Notes: generated from the letters alone by a model not told the origin. Shown: positions 51,306 through 62,895, counted from the stretch's first letter. The stretch is DNA of 64,000 nt from Bacillota bacterium (GCA_023392615.1 JAEVYT010000011.1:25335-89334); one strand, 5' to 3'. Numbers and translations: made by a program.

Positions 51306-52069
51306 AGCTCCACCTCTTCTGCATAAAATACTGGTCCATCTTTACATATTCTTTTATTATTTACATTACTGTGATGATCAATATCCTTGGTCTGACAAAC
51401 ACATCCGAGGCATGCTCCTATTCCACAAGCCATACGCTCTTCCATGGATAGCTGTGCTGTAATTCCATGCTCCATGGCATAAGCTTTCACACCGCGTAGC
51501 ATCGGCGTCGGCCCACAGGCAAATATAATATCCGCTTCCAGATGATTTACTTTTATCGCGTCAATTACATTTCCTTTTGTTCCGAGACTACCGTCCTCAG
51601 TCGATACATATATCTCGCCAAACTGCTTAAATTCCTCATTAAGGAATGTAATATCCCTGTATCCTAGTACCATTTGCTTATCGCCGCGTAACTGTTTTGC
51701 CAATTCAAGCATCGGTGGTATTCCGATTCCACCGCCGATTAATAATGCCTTTTTCCCTTCCAAAGTAAACCCATTACCAAGCGGTCCCATTGCTTCTATA
51801 AATTCTCCCGCCTTCATCTCGGCAAATTCTGCTGTTCCTTTGCCGGCAATACGATAAACCAACCTTACACTTTTGTTTTCTTTATCAATCTCACAGATAC
51901 TAATTGGTCTGGGTAACATTTTGCTTCCATCTCTACTATATAAAGAAACAAATTGTCCGGGTTTTGCTGATTCTGCGATATCCGGCGCATTCAGCCACAT
52001 ACTGTAGATATCTTTCGCTATCATAACATTTTCCGTTATAAGAGCTTTCTTCTTCACTGCTGCCGACAT
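51302..52069 (-). CDS. pyrK: Dihydroorotate dehydrogenase electron transfer subunit
   Basis: RPISI, GPLGNGF, GGGIG, MACGIGACLGC...ICKDGPVF. Confidence 0.95.
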   Translation of the reverse strand: MSAAVKKKALITENVMIAKDIYSMWLNAPDIAESAKPGQFVSLYSRDGSKMLPRPISICEIDKENKSVRLVYRIAGKGTAEFAEMKAGEFIEAMGPLGNGFTLEGKKALLIGGGIGIPPMLELAKQLRGDKQMVLGYRDITFLNEEFKQFGEIYVSTEDGSLGTKGNVIDAIKVNHLEADIIFACGPTPMLRGVKAYAMEHGITAQLSMEERMACGIGACLGCVCQTKDIDHHSNVNNKRICKDGPVFYAEEVEL

Positions 52070-52144
52070 ACAAATTCTCCTATGAATGGTTTTATTTTCT
52101 TTGCTTATTTTATCCTAAAACATTCGGTAGGACAAGGTTTATTT

Positions 52145-52552
52145 TTACCCTTCTATAATTTTAACATGAACCTTACGGATTCTTGGACCGTCAAATTCCA
52201 TAAAATAGATACCCTGCCACGTTCCGAGCAATAACCGTCTGTCCTCTATGATAATAGTTTGAGAAAATCCCATCATACTTGCTTTTATATGTGCAGCTGA
52301 GTTTCCTTCTCTATGACGATAATTATCCGCTACCGGAACAATCTTATTCGTTTCCATTAAAAAATCCTTAACAACATCCGGATCAGCATTTTCATTAATC
52401 GTAATTCCAGCAGTTGTATGGGGTACAAAGATTACACATATCCCATTTTCAACTCCGCTCTCACTTACCTTGTTCTGAACTTCCCTTGTAATGTCAATCA
52501 TAGCACAATTCTGTCCTGTTTTTACACCAAATACAAATGTTTCACTCATCAT
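52145..52552 (-). CDS. yjbQ: YjbQ/UPF0047 family protein
   Basis: HTTAGITINENADPDV, GNSAAHIK, LGTWQGI..EFDG. Confidence 0.92.
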   Translation of the reverse strand: MMSETFVFGVKTGQNCAMIDITREVQNKVSESGVENGICVIFVPHTTAGITINENADPDVVKDFLMETNKIVPVADNYRHREGNSAAHIKASMMGFSQTIIIEDRRLLLGTWQGIYFMEFDGPRIRKVHVKIIEG

Positions 52553-52753
52553 TAATCCTCCCATATAACATTATTAGTATATCATCTACTTCTTTCCAAA
52601 GAAACATATTTAGCAGATCTTTCCGTTTATACTTAAACTTTTATTAATTTAATATTATCCTTAAATTGCTAAATAGTCGATAATTCGTTTGAACCAATTA
52701 TAAGTAAAAATAGTTTCAATGTAAACCAATCAAAAGTAAGATTTTCCACTGCC

Positions 52754-52782
52754 TTGACACAAAGAATTACCTATGATATATT
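52754..52782 (+). promoter_or_regulatory. SigA promoter of cyclophilin gene
   Basis: TTGACA-17 bp-TATATT with TG extension. Confidence 0.7.
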
Positions 52783-52860
52783 TACCATCAGGGTGTTTAC
52801 AAGAATTACGTAATAATGTATAAAAAGAATAATTCTTAAACTGAGAGGAAATGGATGAAT

Positions 52861-53385
52861 ATGGCTAATACTAACCCAATCGTTACAATGGAACTTGAAA
52901 ATGGTGATATTATAAAAATTGAATTATATCCCGATGTAGCTCCAAACACTGTAAACAATTTTATTTCTTTAGTAAAAAAAGGTTTTTACGATGGACTTAA
53001 ATTCCACAGAGTAATCCGTGGCTTCATGATCCAAGGAGGCGACCCGGAAGGAACCGGTATGGGCGGTCCAGATTATTCCATCGCAGGTGAATTTTCTTAC
53101 AATAATTTTAAGAACGACTTAAAGCACACAGCCGGAGTTCTTTCTATGGCAAGATCACAACGTCCTGATTCTGCAGGTTCCCAATTCTTTATTATGCATA
53201 AGGATTCCCCTCATCTTGATGGCTCCTATGCAGCATTCGGTAAAGTTATAGAAGGTATGGATGCGGTTAATAAGATAGCAGAAACGAAGACAGATTATTC
53301 AGATGCTCCTTTAGAAGCTAAGATAATGAAAAAACTGACTGTAGAAACTTTTGGTGTAGAATATCCCGAACCAGAAAAATGCTAA
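52861..53385 (+). CDS. Cyclophilin-type peptidyl-prolyl isomerase
   Basis: FHRVI..FMIQGGDP, SMAR, SAGSQFFI, HLDG.YAAFG. Confidence 0.95.
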   Translation: MANTNPIVTMELENGDIIKIELYPDVAPNTVNNFISLVKKGFYDGLKFHRVIRGFMIQGGDPEGTGMGGPDYSIAGEFSYNNFKNDLKHTAGVLSMARSQRPDSAGSQFFIMHKDSPHLDGSYAAFGKVIEGMDAVNKIAETKTDYSDAPLEAKIMKKLTVETFGVEYPEPEKC

Positions 53386-53540
53386 TTATATAATAGAATA
53401 TACAGGGCTGTTGCAATTTGCTTGCAAGAGCCCTTTTTCATACGTACTCAACCCAAAATAAATACACAAGCAATGTATTTATGGCATATGGCAGAACACG
53501 CCCGGCACATTCTTTATTCACTTTATAATAGTCTAGCGCA

Positions 53541-53927
53541 TTAGTTAAACTTATTTAGAATATAGATAAATAACCCTCCGCTGATTATTGCAGCTAACCA
53601 AATACGTGCTATGATGCGCGGGTTACGATAGAAAGGATAATCATTAACATTATCATCTTCTACCTCTTTTTCAATCGGTTCATCTGAAACATCCTTTATT
53701 AATTCTAAAGCATGATCATAATCCGCCTCATCAACAAAAATTTCCGTCCCATATACCGAAAATCCATAAGCGATATTCATATAACTCCCGGATCCTCTTT
53801 GCTCTTTCATACAAGGAATTCCATTGCTTTCTAGTATATCAACAATCATATCCGCTTCAATTGAATTAGACGCTGACATCAGTTTCATCGGTTTCATAGC
53901 CTCAACCTTTTCTACATTCTCTTCCAT
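53541..53927 (-). CDS. DUF2007-like protein with C-terminal TM
   Basis: EADMIVDILESNGIP...EIFVDEADY..A. Confidence 0.75.
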   Translation of the reverse strand: MEENVEKVEAMKPMKLMSASNSIEADMIVDILESNGIPCMKEQRGSGSYMNIAYGFSVYGTEIFVDEADYDHALELIKDVSDEPIEKEVEDDNVNDYPFYRNPRIIARIWLAAIISGGLFIYILNKFN

Positions 53928-54116
53928 ATATCCACACCACCTTATTATATTAGGTTTCTAGATAACTCTATTTTACCACTCATTTTATAATATGTAAATT
54001 TATTACTCAATTTATTAATTATCTCTATTTAATTTTAATAAATATACGGTTCATTCATACATATAGTAAAAGTCTCATATTCATTATTATACTATTTCTT
54101 CTAGGTAGGTAGTAAT

Positions 54117-54590
54117 ATGCAGGACTCCACTTTTGGTGCAGAGCGAACTCAGATAAATTATCCAAACTGGGCTTTATTCGAGAGTACCGATAATGCTTAT
54201 CAGGTTATTGTTGATATGATTATTCCCAGATCTCCATTACTTGCATATGAATTCGGAATTATCCAGTATTATGGCGCACTAGATGCCCATATTGATGAAT
54301 TCATTATCTTAAGACAAGAAAGCTTAGGACTTACTCCGACTATACCGATTGCAGAACTATTAGATATCGCAAGTCAACAAGCACTGCTTCCAGATAGCTC
54401 TTTCGATATAATCTCAGTGATCCCAACTACGATGATGGGTTATTACTCAGAATGGTATGGATACGGATCGACGCGACTAAACGAGCCCAACCAAAGGGTA
54501 TTGGAATTTTATCCCTTTAGCTGGAAGCAGGTCGGTTATCCTGGTCCTTCCCTTGGGTACCATGCTTTAAGAGCTTATAATTTTACATAA
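54117..54590 (+). CDS. Hypothetical partner of GMC oxidoreductase (gluconate-2-DH gamma-like)
   Basis: MGYYSEW...W..VGYPGP C-terminal pattern; directly upstream of the GMC gene. Confidence 0.6.
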   Translation: MQDSTFGAERTQINYPNWALFESTDNAYQVIVDMIIPRSPLLAYEFGIIQYYGALDAHIDEFIILRQESLGLTPTIPIAELLDIASQQALLPDSSFDIISVIPTTMMGYYSEWYGYGSTRLNEPNQRVLEFYPFSWKQVGYPGPSLGYHALRAYNFT

Positions 54591-54623
54591 ATTGAAATCA
54601 ATATTATGAAAGGTGAATTGCAC

Positions 54624-56324
54624 ATGAATCAGGAAGAAGAATATGATGTCATTATTATCGGTGCCGGTGGCGGTGGTGCAGTTGCTGCGAAAGAACTAAG
54701 TCAAAAAGGAAGAAAAGTGCTCCTTCTGGATGCTGGCCCTTGGTATGGTAATAAAAAATGGCCCAAGCCAAATGATGAACACGGAGCAGATTCCAGCTCT
54801 AGCTATGACGATTTAAGTATTGAACTACTAAAAGAAAGCTTTACCGATCTTGAAGATGATATGAACGATCTGGTTACCGGAAAGTTTAGGTGGGGACCTG
54901 CTGACAGATCCCTTCCTCCTTGGAAAAGAATAGGTGGATTAGTATGGCAAAATTCCGGAATTGGTGGCAGCACGCTTCATTACTTCGGCAATTCGCCACG
55001 TGCTTTTCCATCATCCGTCGATAATATATGGCCAATCCCCTATAGTGAATTGGTGCCCTACTATGACAGGGTGGAGGCAACTCTTCCTGTTAACACCGCT
55101 CCTGTCACCGCAAAGGAAGAAATCTTTTATTATGGTGCAAAAAAGGCAGGGTGGAATTATACCCCTGCAAATGATAATATTAATCCAGGATACCACCCTC
55201 AGAAAAATGCAATATTAAGAACCAATCCTGCAATAAATAATCCAAATTTTAACTTTAACGAAAATAAATCCATTGGTTGTACATTGCGAGGGCATTGCGT
55301 AAATGGTTGTCATATAGGACCTACAATTGAAGGGGTAGCTAAAAGAGCCACCCTGGTAAGTTACATCCCAAGAGCGCTCAGCACCGGGAATATTATAGTT
55401 CGCCCTAATACGTTTGTAACAAAGATTCTGACGAATGAGAATACCGCAGAAGGTATTCACGCGATTGGTGTTGTAGCCAGAGATACCTGGTCGGGTGAAA
55501 TCAATGAATTCTATGGCAAAGTAGTAGTTATGGCAGCAGGTGGAGTAGAAACTCCACGCCTATGGCTGAATTCCGGATTACCCGAAAACCCATGGGTAGG
55601 AAAAGGGTTAACCAATCATTACTTTGATGGGTTTACCGGAATCTTTGATGAAAAGAATTTGCTTGATGTGCTCGGGATATCAGATATCAAACCATTTGTT
55701 GGTCAAAATGCTGCTGCAAGATTTATACACCCCGGACTGGGTGTTATTATAACGGTAGGAATGACTCCAGGGTTATTATCTTCCATCTATTATGGAACCG
55801 GTAACGGTTTTACAAGCGCTAACCCAACATACGGTGCGAAACCTTGGGATTATGAAGGAATCGTTATTGGAGAACAATTAAAAGAATTTATGAAAGATTA
55901 TACTAGAAGCCTGTTTTTAACCACGTTTGTTGATGATGAGGTAAATCAAAATAATAGCATAACCTTACATCCCGAGCTAAAGGATGAACATGGATATATC
56001 CCTGTAATTCATTACACCCCCAGTTCAGCCGATATAGAAAAAAGGGAAAAACTGGCTGAAATTGCAGCCGGTATCTTGAGAGCAGCCGGAGCAAAAACAA
56101 TAATAAGAGGAAACTGGCCGCCTGAAATCTATATTCATATTATGTGTACCATGAGAATGGGATATGTAACTGATACGAATTGCGAAGCCCTTCAAGTGAA
56201 GCGCTTATATATCGCAGACAATAGTGTACTATATAACAGTTTGGGCGGACCCAACCCAACACTAACCACTCAGGCATTGGCAACCCGAACTGCGGAGATG
56301 ATTAACAACACTTATTTTAGTTAA
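54624..56324 (+). CDS. GMC-family oxidoreductase
   Basis: IIGAGGGG, GGSTLH, C..RGHC..GC, ETPRLWLNS, GGPNPTLT..ALA. Confidence 0.92.
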   Translation: MNQEEEYDVIIIGAGGGGAVAAKELSQKGRKVLLLDAGPWYGNKKWPKPNDEHGADSSSSYDDLSIELLKESFTDLEDDMNDLVTGKFRWGPADRSLPPWKRIGGLVWQNSGIGGSTLHYFGNSPRAFPSSVDNIWPIPYSELVPYYDRVEATLPVNTAPVTAKEEIFYYGAKKAGWNYTPANDNINPGYHPQKNAILRTNPAINNPNFNFNENKSIGCTLRGHCVNGCHIGPTIEGVAKRATLVSYIPRALSTGNIIVRPNTFVTKILTNENTAEGIHAIGVVARDTWSGEINEFYGKVVVMAAGGVETPRLWLNSGLPENPWVGKGLTNHYFDGFTGIFDEKNLLDVLGISDIKPFVGQNAAARFIHPGLGVIITVGMTPGLLSSIYYGTGNGFTSANPTYGAKPWDYEGIVIGEQLKEFMKDYTRSLFLTTFVDDEVNQNNSITLHPELKDEHGYIPVIHYTPSSADIEKREKLAEIAAGILRAAGAKTIIRGNWPPEIYIHIMCTMRMGYVTDTNCEALQVKRLYIADNSVLYNSLGGPNPTLTTQALATRTAEMINNTYFS

Positions 56325-56516
56325 TAACGTATAATTGATAACACTTTTCATCCATATATAATATAGGTTATAGGATAAAAATAAGGCGAATTCAAATATT
56401 TAGATTCGTATACAATATAGAAATATTCACTATATTAATACTATCTCTTTTGAATTCGCCTCATCTTATATTTAAGAGCCTAAATTATATAAATAATTAT
56501 CAAACTGATTTGTAGT

Positions 56517-57452
56517 TTATTTTGCTGCAAGCCAAGCTTGCTTTAAATCCTCTCGCATATCAATAACCGCTTGACGAGATGCATCCGCATACCCCTCGGC
56601 ACCGAACTTTTCGTATCCTTTCAATTTATATGCAGCAATAATTCCTCTGGAGGAGTTAACAATCGCGCCAAGACCATCCTTATTAAAATAAGGAGCCAAA
56701 TCTTCCGCTTTTCCACCCTGTGCTCCATATCCGGGAACAAGAATATAAGTTTTTGGCATCAGCTTACGAAGAATCTTACCCATCTCAGGGTAGGTTGCTC
56801 CAACTACTGCACCGATATAGCTATAGGAGTTACCCATATGTTGCTCACCCCATTCGGATACTTTTTTGCCTACCAGTTCATATAATGGTCTTCCATCCAC
56901 TAATTGATCCTGAAACTCACCACTAGAAGGATTGGAGGTTTTAACAAGAATGAATAGTCCTTTGTTCTCTTCTTTACACACATCGATAAAAGGATTTACA
57001 CCATCCGATCCAAGATAAGGATTTACAGTAATGAAGTCTTCATCAAAGCCACGGTAACTCTTACCGCCAATTATAACTTTACCAAGGTGTCCGGTTGCAT
57101 AAGCAGCAGAAGTAGATCCGATATCTCCACGTTTGATGTCACCGATTACAACAAGTCCCTTTTCTTTGCAATATTCCACTGTTTTGTGGAATACCTTTAA
57201 TCCTTCAATTCCAAACTGTTCATACATTGCTATCTGAGGCTTTACGGAAGGAATTAAATCATAGGTTGCATCCACAATCCCTTTATTGTACTGCCAGATA
57301 GCTTCTGCCACACCTTCGATATTTTCACCCTTTTCGCTAAATGCTTTCTGCAGAATATGGTTCGGAACAAAATCCAACATAGGATCAAGGCCTACAACAA
57401 TCGGTGCTTCTAACTTCTCAATCTTCTCCACTAATTTGTTTATCATCTTCAT
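56517..57452 (-). CDS. pyrF: Orotidine-5'-phosphate decarboxylase
   Basis: VGLDP, DIKRGDIGST, KTSNP, VGAT, PGYGAQG, NSSR. Confidence 0.96.
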   Translation of the reverse strand: MKMINKLVEKIEKLEAPIVVGLDPMLDFVPNHILQKAFSEKGENIEGVAEAIWQYNKGIVDATYDLIPSVKPQIAMYEQFGIEGLKVFHKTVEYCKEKGLVVIGDIKRGDIGSTSAAYATGHLGKVIIGGKSYRGFDEDFITVNPYLGSDGVNPFIDVCKEENKGLFILVKTSNPSSGEFQDQLVDGRPLYELVGKKVSEWGEQHMGNSYSYIGAVVGATYPEMGKILRKLMPKTYILVPGYGAQGGKAEDLAPYFNKDGLGAIVNSSRGIIAAYKLKGYEKFGAEGYADASRQAVIDMREDLKQAWLAAK

Positions 57453-57484
57453 TCTCCTTATATCATAGAGGGTAACCTCTTAAT

Positions 57485-58798
57485 CTACTTCATATACTCA
57501 TAAACCGGTTTACCATCAACAAAAGTATACATCACTCTTCCACACACATTCTTCCCATGAAATGGTGTATTTTTTCCTTTCGAATAAAATGTGTCTTTAT
57601 CAATGAGATACTCCGCATTCTGATCAATGATGACAATATCCGCCACTTTTCCCTCACCGATACAACCTTTGTCGATACTTAAAATCTTAGCAGGATTAAC
57701 ACTCATCTTCTCGACTAGCTGTGACGGAGTCAAATACCCACTCTTAACAAGCTCTGTATAAGTTAATGCAAATGCAGTCTCTGAACCAACGATACCAAAT
57801 GGTGCATCAGCGATTGTTTTCGCTTTTTCCTCTTCGGAATGAGGGGCATGATCTGTAGAGATTACGTCCATAATTCCATCTCGTAAAGCTTCCTTAAGTA
57901 TTTGTACATCTTTAGCAGAACGTAGGGGCGGATTCATCTTATAATTAGAATCATCACCGGGGATATCTTCATCTGTTAGAATAAAATGATGGGGGCATAC
58001 CTCTGCGGTAACCTTTAACCCTTCCTTTTTCGCAAAATCAACCATAGCTGCACTATACGCTGTGGAACAATGGCAAAGATGAAGTCTGGCTCCTGTTTCC
58101 TTCGCAAGAAGAATATCTCTGGCTGTTATAATATCCTCCACTGCATTACTGATTGGATCAACATTTAATTCTACGGCCTTTTTGCCTGCATTTATCGCAC
58201 CTTTTCCAACAAGACTTTTATCCTCGCAATGTGCAAACACTGGAATATCCTTATCAGCAGCAATCTTCATCGCCTGAGCATATAAGGCGGTATTCATCAC
58301 TGATTTACCATCCTCACTCAGAGCACAAGCTCCCGCATCCTTCATTGCTGGAATATCAGTGAGTTCACTGCCCTCCTGACCAAGGGTGATCGCACCTACC
58401 GGTAGGATATTAACTACCGCATCCTTCCTTGCTTTATCTAAGATCCAATGAATCATATTAGGGCTATCGGTTACGGGCTTAGTATTCGGCATAGGACAAA
58501 TCGTCGTGTATCCTCCCGCAGCTGCCGCCATGGATCCGGTACGGATTGTTTCTTTATACTCAAACCCAGGCTCACGTAGGTGTACATGAAGATCAATAAA
58601 ACCAGGCATTACATAATTACCATGTACATTAATAACATGTAATTGATCTTCCTTCCAATTTTCCTGCATGACGAGATCACTTTCTTTCAGGTCTTTTGCC
58701 ACTTTCACAATGGTATTTCCATCAATCAATATATCAAATAATCCCTCTCTGTTCGAAGCAGGATCAATCACATAACCATTTTTAATTAAAGTAAGCAT
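57485..58798 (-). CDS. pyrC: Dihydroorotase
   Basis: DLHVHLREPG, MPNT, KMNPPLR, TDHAPH. Confidence 0.96.
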   Translation of the reverse strand: MLTLIKNGYVIDPASNREGLFDILIDGNTIVKVAKDLKESDLVMQENWKEDQLHVINVHGNYVMPGFIDLHVHLREPGFEYKETIRTGSMAAAAGGYTTICPMPNTKPVTDSPNMIHWILDKARKDAVVNILPVGAITLGQEGSELTDIPAMKDAGACALSEDGKSVMNTALYAQAMKIAADKDIPVFAHCEDKSLVGKGAINAGKKAVELNVDPISNAVEDIITARDILLAKETGARLHLCHCSTAYSAAMVDFAKKEGLKVTAEVCPHHFILTDEDIPGDDSNYKMNPPLRSAKDVQILKEALRDGIMDVISTDHAPHSEEEKAKTIADAPFGIVGSETAFALTYTELVKSGYLTPSQLVEKMSVNPAKILSIDKGCIGEGKVADIVIIDQNAEYLIDKDTFYSKGKNTPFHGKNVCGRVMYTFVDGKPVYEYMK

Positions 58799-58814
58799 GC
58801 TTTTCTCCCTTTAT

Positions 58815-59210
58815 TTATGATATTTCCGACTTTTCCACATCTAGGAATACCTTATGGTCAAGATAATGTTCAAATTCTTCCTTCTGTATCCAATTACTAT
58901 CCACCAAATCCTCCGAAAGAACTACTTCGTTATTAGTAACCCTACACAGATAGCTGATTCCGATATTATATACATCTCCTGTCATAAAAGACCAGGTATA
59001 AAGAATTCGTTCAATGGATGCAGGTAACCCTGATTGTTCAAAAACCAATCGAAGTACAGCCTTTTCCGGTGCCTCTCCAAACTCAATTCCTCCGTCAACA
59101 AAGCCCCATTGATACGGATCAGAAACACGATCATCAAACCATCTTTTTAATACAAGGTATTTATCCTCATATTGAACAATTCCTTTTACCAATATACTAT
59201 ATTTATCCAT
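58815..59210 (-). CDS. NUDIX-fold protein
   Basis: Degenerate Nudix box GGIEFGEAPEKAVLRLVFEQSGL. Confidence 0.8.
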   Translation of the reverse strand: MDKYSILVKGIVQYEDKYLVLKRWFDDRVSDPYQWGFVDGGIEFGEAPEKAVLRLVFEQSGLPASIERILYTWSFMTGDVYNIGISYLCRVTNNEVVLSEDLVDSNWIQKEEFEHYLDHKVFLDVEKSEIS

Positions 59211-59294
59211 GCCATCCTCCAATCTGCTATATTTAGTCATAGCTATGTGATTTTAATAAGGTACGTAATGAAAGCAAAATGTAGCTATTAATTT

Positions 59295-60623
59295 TTAACT
59301 AGGTTGTCCTGCCAGATAATTTACGAATTGTTGAGCTGTCCGACCAGATCTTCCACCATGTGACAATTCCCACTTATTTGCTTGAGCAAAGAGCTCCTCA
59401 TCGGTAAGATGGATAGCAGGATGACGCCTAGCCAGCACTCTGACGATTTCCATGAATTCATCAAAGCCAGGCGATGAAAAATTAATTGTAACACCAAATC
59501 TTGCAACCAAGGACAGCTTTTCTTCCATCGTATCCGATCGGTGCAGATCCTCCGTCATCTCCATATCCGAACGATCATTCCATGTTTCCTTGATTAAATG
59601 CCTGCGGTTTGAGGTAGCGTAAATCAGAACATTATCCGGCTTGTTTTCCAAACCACCCTCTATCACTGCCTTCAAATACTTATATTCAATCTCAAATTCC
59701 TCAAAGGACAGATCATCCATGTATATAATAAACTTATAATTTCTATTTTTTATAGAAGCGATAATAGAGGAGAGATCTTCGAATTGATGCTTATATATTT
59801 CGATCATTCGAAGTCCTTCCTTATAGTATTGGTTCAAAATAGCTTTCACTGAAGTGGATTTACCTGTTCCGCTATCACCGAATAATAAGCAATTATTTGC
59901 TTTTCTTCCTTCTATGAATGCCTTGGTATTATCAATCAACTTCTTTTTTTGAATCTCATATCCAACCAAATCTTCCAACTTAATCTCTAGAGTATTTGTA
60001 ATAGGCACAAATTCAGTTTTGCCGCTATCCTTATTAATTCGAAATGCTTTATTCAGACCAAAAAGACCTACTCCGTAATCTCGATAAAATGCTGTTACCG
60101 CATCAAATACTTCATGCTCATCCTTAGATGTTGCAATTTGCTCACTCAGAATCCGTACCTTCTCACTAACGCTAGCATTGTATCTGCTGCTGTTCTTTTC
60201 AATGGAATGATAATTACATATCACTGAGAAACAATCTATCTCCAGTGCTTGTTCTAAGGAACTAAAGTCATAGTCAAATAATTGCTTAAATATCTTAAAA
60301 TCATTCTTGGCAAACTGATTTACTGTACCTTCCTTTGCACCCACCTTTTCACAGGTGATACTGAACGGATTTTCTGTCGTTGCCAGAAGATATGCCAGAT
60401 AATTATGCCATAGGTTGTGATTAAACCCATACTCTGTTGAAAGCTCCAACAATTGATGGATTAAAGTATAAATTCTAGAGGTAATATCCTCTTTCACAAA
60501 AATTGTATCCTTCTGATCCTCATGATAACGATCATATTCCTTAATCAGATTGGATAGCCTTAATAAAATACTGTCCTCTTCGATATTTTTGTACACAACA
60601 AGCTTTGATATATAACGATACAT
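59295..60623 (-). CDS. AAA+ ATPase (DUF815-like)
   Basis: [32 protein letters not shown]. Confidence 0.9.
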   Translation of the reverse strand: MYRYISKLVVYKNIEEDSILLRLSNLIKEYDRYHEDQKDTIFVKEDITSRIYTLIHQLLELSTEYGFNHNLWHNYLAYLLATTENPFSITCEKVGAKEGTVNQFAKNDFKIFKQLFDYDFSSLEQALEIDCFSVICNYHSIEKNSSRYNASVSEKVRILSEQIATSKDEHEVFDAVTAFYRDYGVGLFGLNKAFRINKDSGKTEFVPITNTLEIKLEDLVGYEIQKKKLIDNTKAFIEGRKANNCLLFGDSGTGKSTSVKAILNQYYKEGLRMIEIYKHQFEDLSSIIASIKNRNYKFIIYMDDLSFEEFEIEYKYLKAVIEGGLENKPDNVLIYATSNRRHLIKETWNDRSDMEMTEDLHRSDTMEEKLSLVARFGVTINFSSPGFDEFMEIVRVLARRHPAIHLTDEELFAQANKWELSHGGRSGRTAQQFVNYLAGQPS

Positions 60624-60662
60624 TTAATCTCATCCCCCTAACAGCACTTCAATGCTCATTAA

Positions 60663-62429
60663 TTACATACGTTCCGGAGCTTCAAATCCAAGTAGGTTTA
60701 TACAGGTAAGCAAGATGTCCTGAACTAATGTAATTAATGCAATCCAGGATGCCTGCTTTGCTGCATCTTCCTCTGTAATAATCTTGGTATTATGATAAAA
60801 GCTATTGAACTCATTAGCCAAATCATAGATATAGGAGCAAATTCGATGAGGCGCGATATCGGTGTACGCCGCATGGATCATCTCATTGAATTTGGTAAGC
60901 TCAAGCATTAACGCCTGCTCAGAAGATGTTGTTGCAGATAAAATTGTATTTGCACCGTTCCCTTTATTTAGCTCAGCATATTTTGCTAGAATTGATTTTA
61001 TTCTTACTATTGTATAAAGAATATAAGGACCAGTATCACCCTCAAAGGAGGTAAATCGGTCAATATCAAAGATATAATCTTTACTTACCTGGTTGGATAA
61101 ATCACCATATTTTAATGCAGCAAGACCTACCTGGGCAGCAATTTCCCTTGCTTGTGCTTCTTCCATATCACGGTTTTCCATGATTTTGCGATATACATCG
61201 TCATTCACACCCTTAATCAGGTTCTCAAGGCGCATAACACCGCCTTCTCTGGTTTTAAACGGCTTTCCATCCTTTCCATTCATCGTACCGTAGCCTATAT
61301 GAGTAAGTTTTGTATCTTCATTAATGAGCTTTGCTTTTCTTGCACAACGGAAAACTGTTTCAAAATAAAGTTCCTGACGTTTGTCGGTAACATAGATGAT
61401 ATGATCCGGTTTAAATAGCTCCATACGCTCTACAATTGTTGCAAGATCCGTTGTATTATATAGAGATGCTCCGTCTGACTTTAGGATAATACATGGCGGA
61501 ATCTCCTTCGTATCTGTTTCTTCTTTTACATCAACAACCAATGCTCCCTCGCTGATACGGGTATAGTTGTTGTCCTTTAGATACTGTACCATCTGTGGGA
61601 TATAAGGCTGTACGTCACTTTCCTTCTTCCATAATTCGAAGGATACATCCAGTGTCTTGTAGATTCTCTTGATATCATTTACCGATACATCGAGCATATG
61701 ATTCCAGATTGCAGTATAACCTCTATGTCCATTCTGTAATTCGTAGGTGATACGTTTTGCTTCTTCGTGAAAATCCGGATTTGACTTAGAATATTCACTA
61801 GCAGCAGGATAAATCTCCTCTAATTCTGTGATATCAAATGGAGCATCGGATGGATATTCTCCTTTATAACTATCATCAAAATAAAGCAATTCCGGTTTAC
61901 GTCTTTTTAGTTCTGCAATGATAAGCCCCATCTGCTTACCCCAATCACCCAGATGAACATCACCTGTAACATCATTTCCACAGAAACGAAGTAATCTTTT
62001 TACACTTTCACCGATAACTGCGGAACGCATATGACCAACATGCAAAGGCTTCGCAATATTAGGACCGCCGTAATCTATTAATATCTTCTTTGGATCCGGG
62101 TCCTTCTCATAGCCGAACTGTTCGGATGTTTTCATATCATTCAAGTAGTTCGCCAAAAATTGATTGCTCACTTTAATATTAATAAATCCAGGCATGATAG
62201 CTGTTATTTCGTCAAATGTATCGCTTGATCTCAGCGTTTCAGCAACCGGTTCTGCAATCTTAATCGGAGCCGATTTATACTGTTTTGCCGCTGCCAAAGC
62301 ACCATTACATTGATACTGACATAAGTCAGGACGATTTGAAATGGTTACAATGCCATATTTCTCTTCAAAGCCGTTTATTTTAAACGCTTCCTTTACCTCA
62401 TTAGAGATTAATTCAATTATTGTTTTCAT
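60663..62429 (-). CDS. argS: Arginine--tRNA ligase
   Basis: GPNIAKPLHVGH, GDWG, KPFKTR, GDTGPY; ATG 62429 after GGAGG. Confidence 0.97.
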   Translation of the reverse strand: MKTIIELISNEVKEAFKINGFEEKYGIVTISNRPDLCQYQCNGALAAAKQYKSAPIKIAEPVAETLRSSDTFDEITAIMPGFINIKVSNQFLANYLNDMKTSEQFGYEKDPDPKKILIDYGGPNIAKPLHVGHMRSAVIGESVKRLLRFCGNDVTGDVHLGDWGKQMGLIIAELKRRKPELLYFDDSYKGEYPSDAPFDITELEEIYPAASEYSKSNPDFHEEAKRITYELQNGHRGYTAIWNHMLDVSVNDIKRIYKTLDVSFELWKKESDVQPYIPQMVQYLKDNNYTRISEGALVVDVKEETDTKEIPPCIILKSDGASLYNTTDLATIVERMELFKPDHIIYVTDKRQELYFETVFRCARKAKLINEDTKLTHIGYGTMNGKDGKPFKTREGGVMRLENLIKGVNDDVYRKIMENRDMEEAQAREIAAQVGLAALKYGDLSNQVSKDYIFDIDRFTSFEGDTGPYILYTIVRIKSILAKYAELNKGNGANTILSATTSSEQALMLELTKFNEMIHAAYTDIAPHRICSYIYDLANEFNSFYHNTKIITEEDAAKQASWIALITLVQDILLTCINLLGFEAPERM

Positions 62430-62895
62430 TACGTACCTCCATATAAAGCACCTCATCGTGCTGATGCATCGAATCACTGTTCATATCCATTTTTGCAACG
62501 TTGTAAGATATGTTCATTATATATACATATTTCCAATTTAAACTCAAACAATACTTTATCATAGTTGAACTGGATTGTCATCATATAACCAAAATTTTTC
62601 GCAATGTCGCACTAACGAATTTTAGGTATTTAATTGATACTTTCTGTATTTTATTAACAAAGAAATCAAATATTTCACATGAATTATAGAAACATTTTTT
62701 AAAAATATGAAAAATAGGGTATTTTTTTTGACTAAAATGTTGTATATTAGTTTATAGCAAACATTCTATATGAGAATTCTGTGAAGCATATTTTTAGTAA
62801 ATATGTTTCAAATAATGTATGGGGTACATAGCGCGGATTTTCTCGTTAAAAGGAATGATCGAGAGATTATCTTGTAATACGAAAGGAGAAACATC

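Noticed and set aside
62430..62890. T-box for argS or c-di-GMP riboswitch before the cheX-like gene
   Set aside because: No T-box consensus and no class I/II c-di-GMP motifs; only simple hairpins
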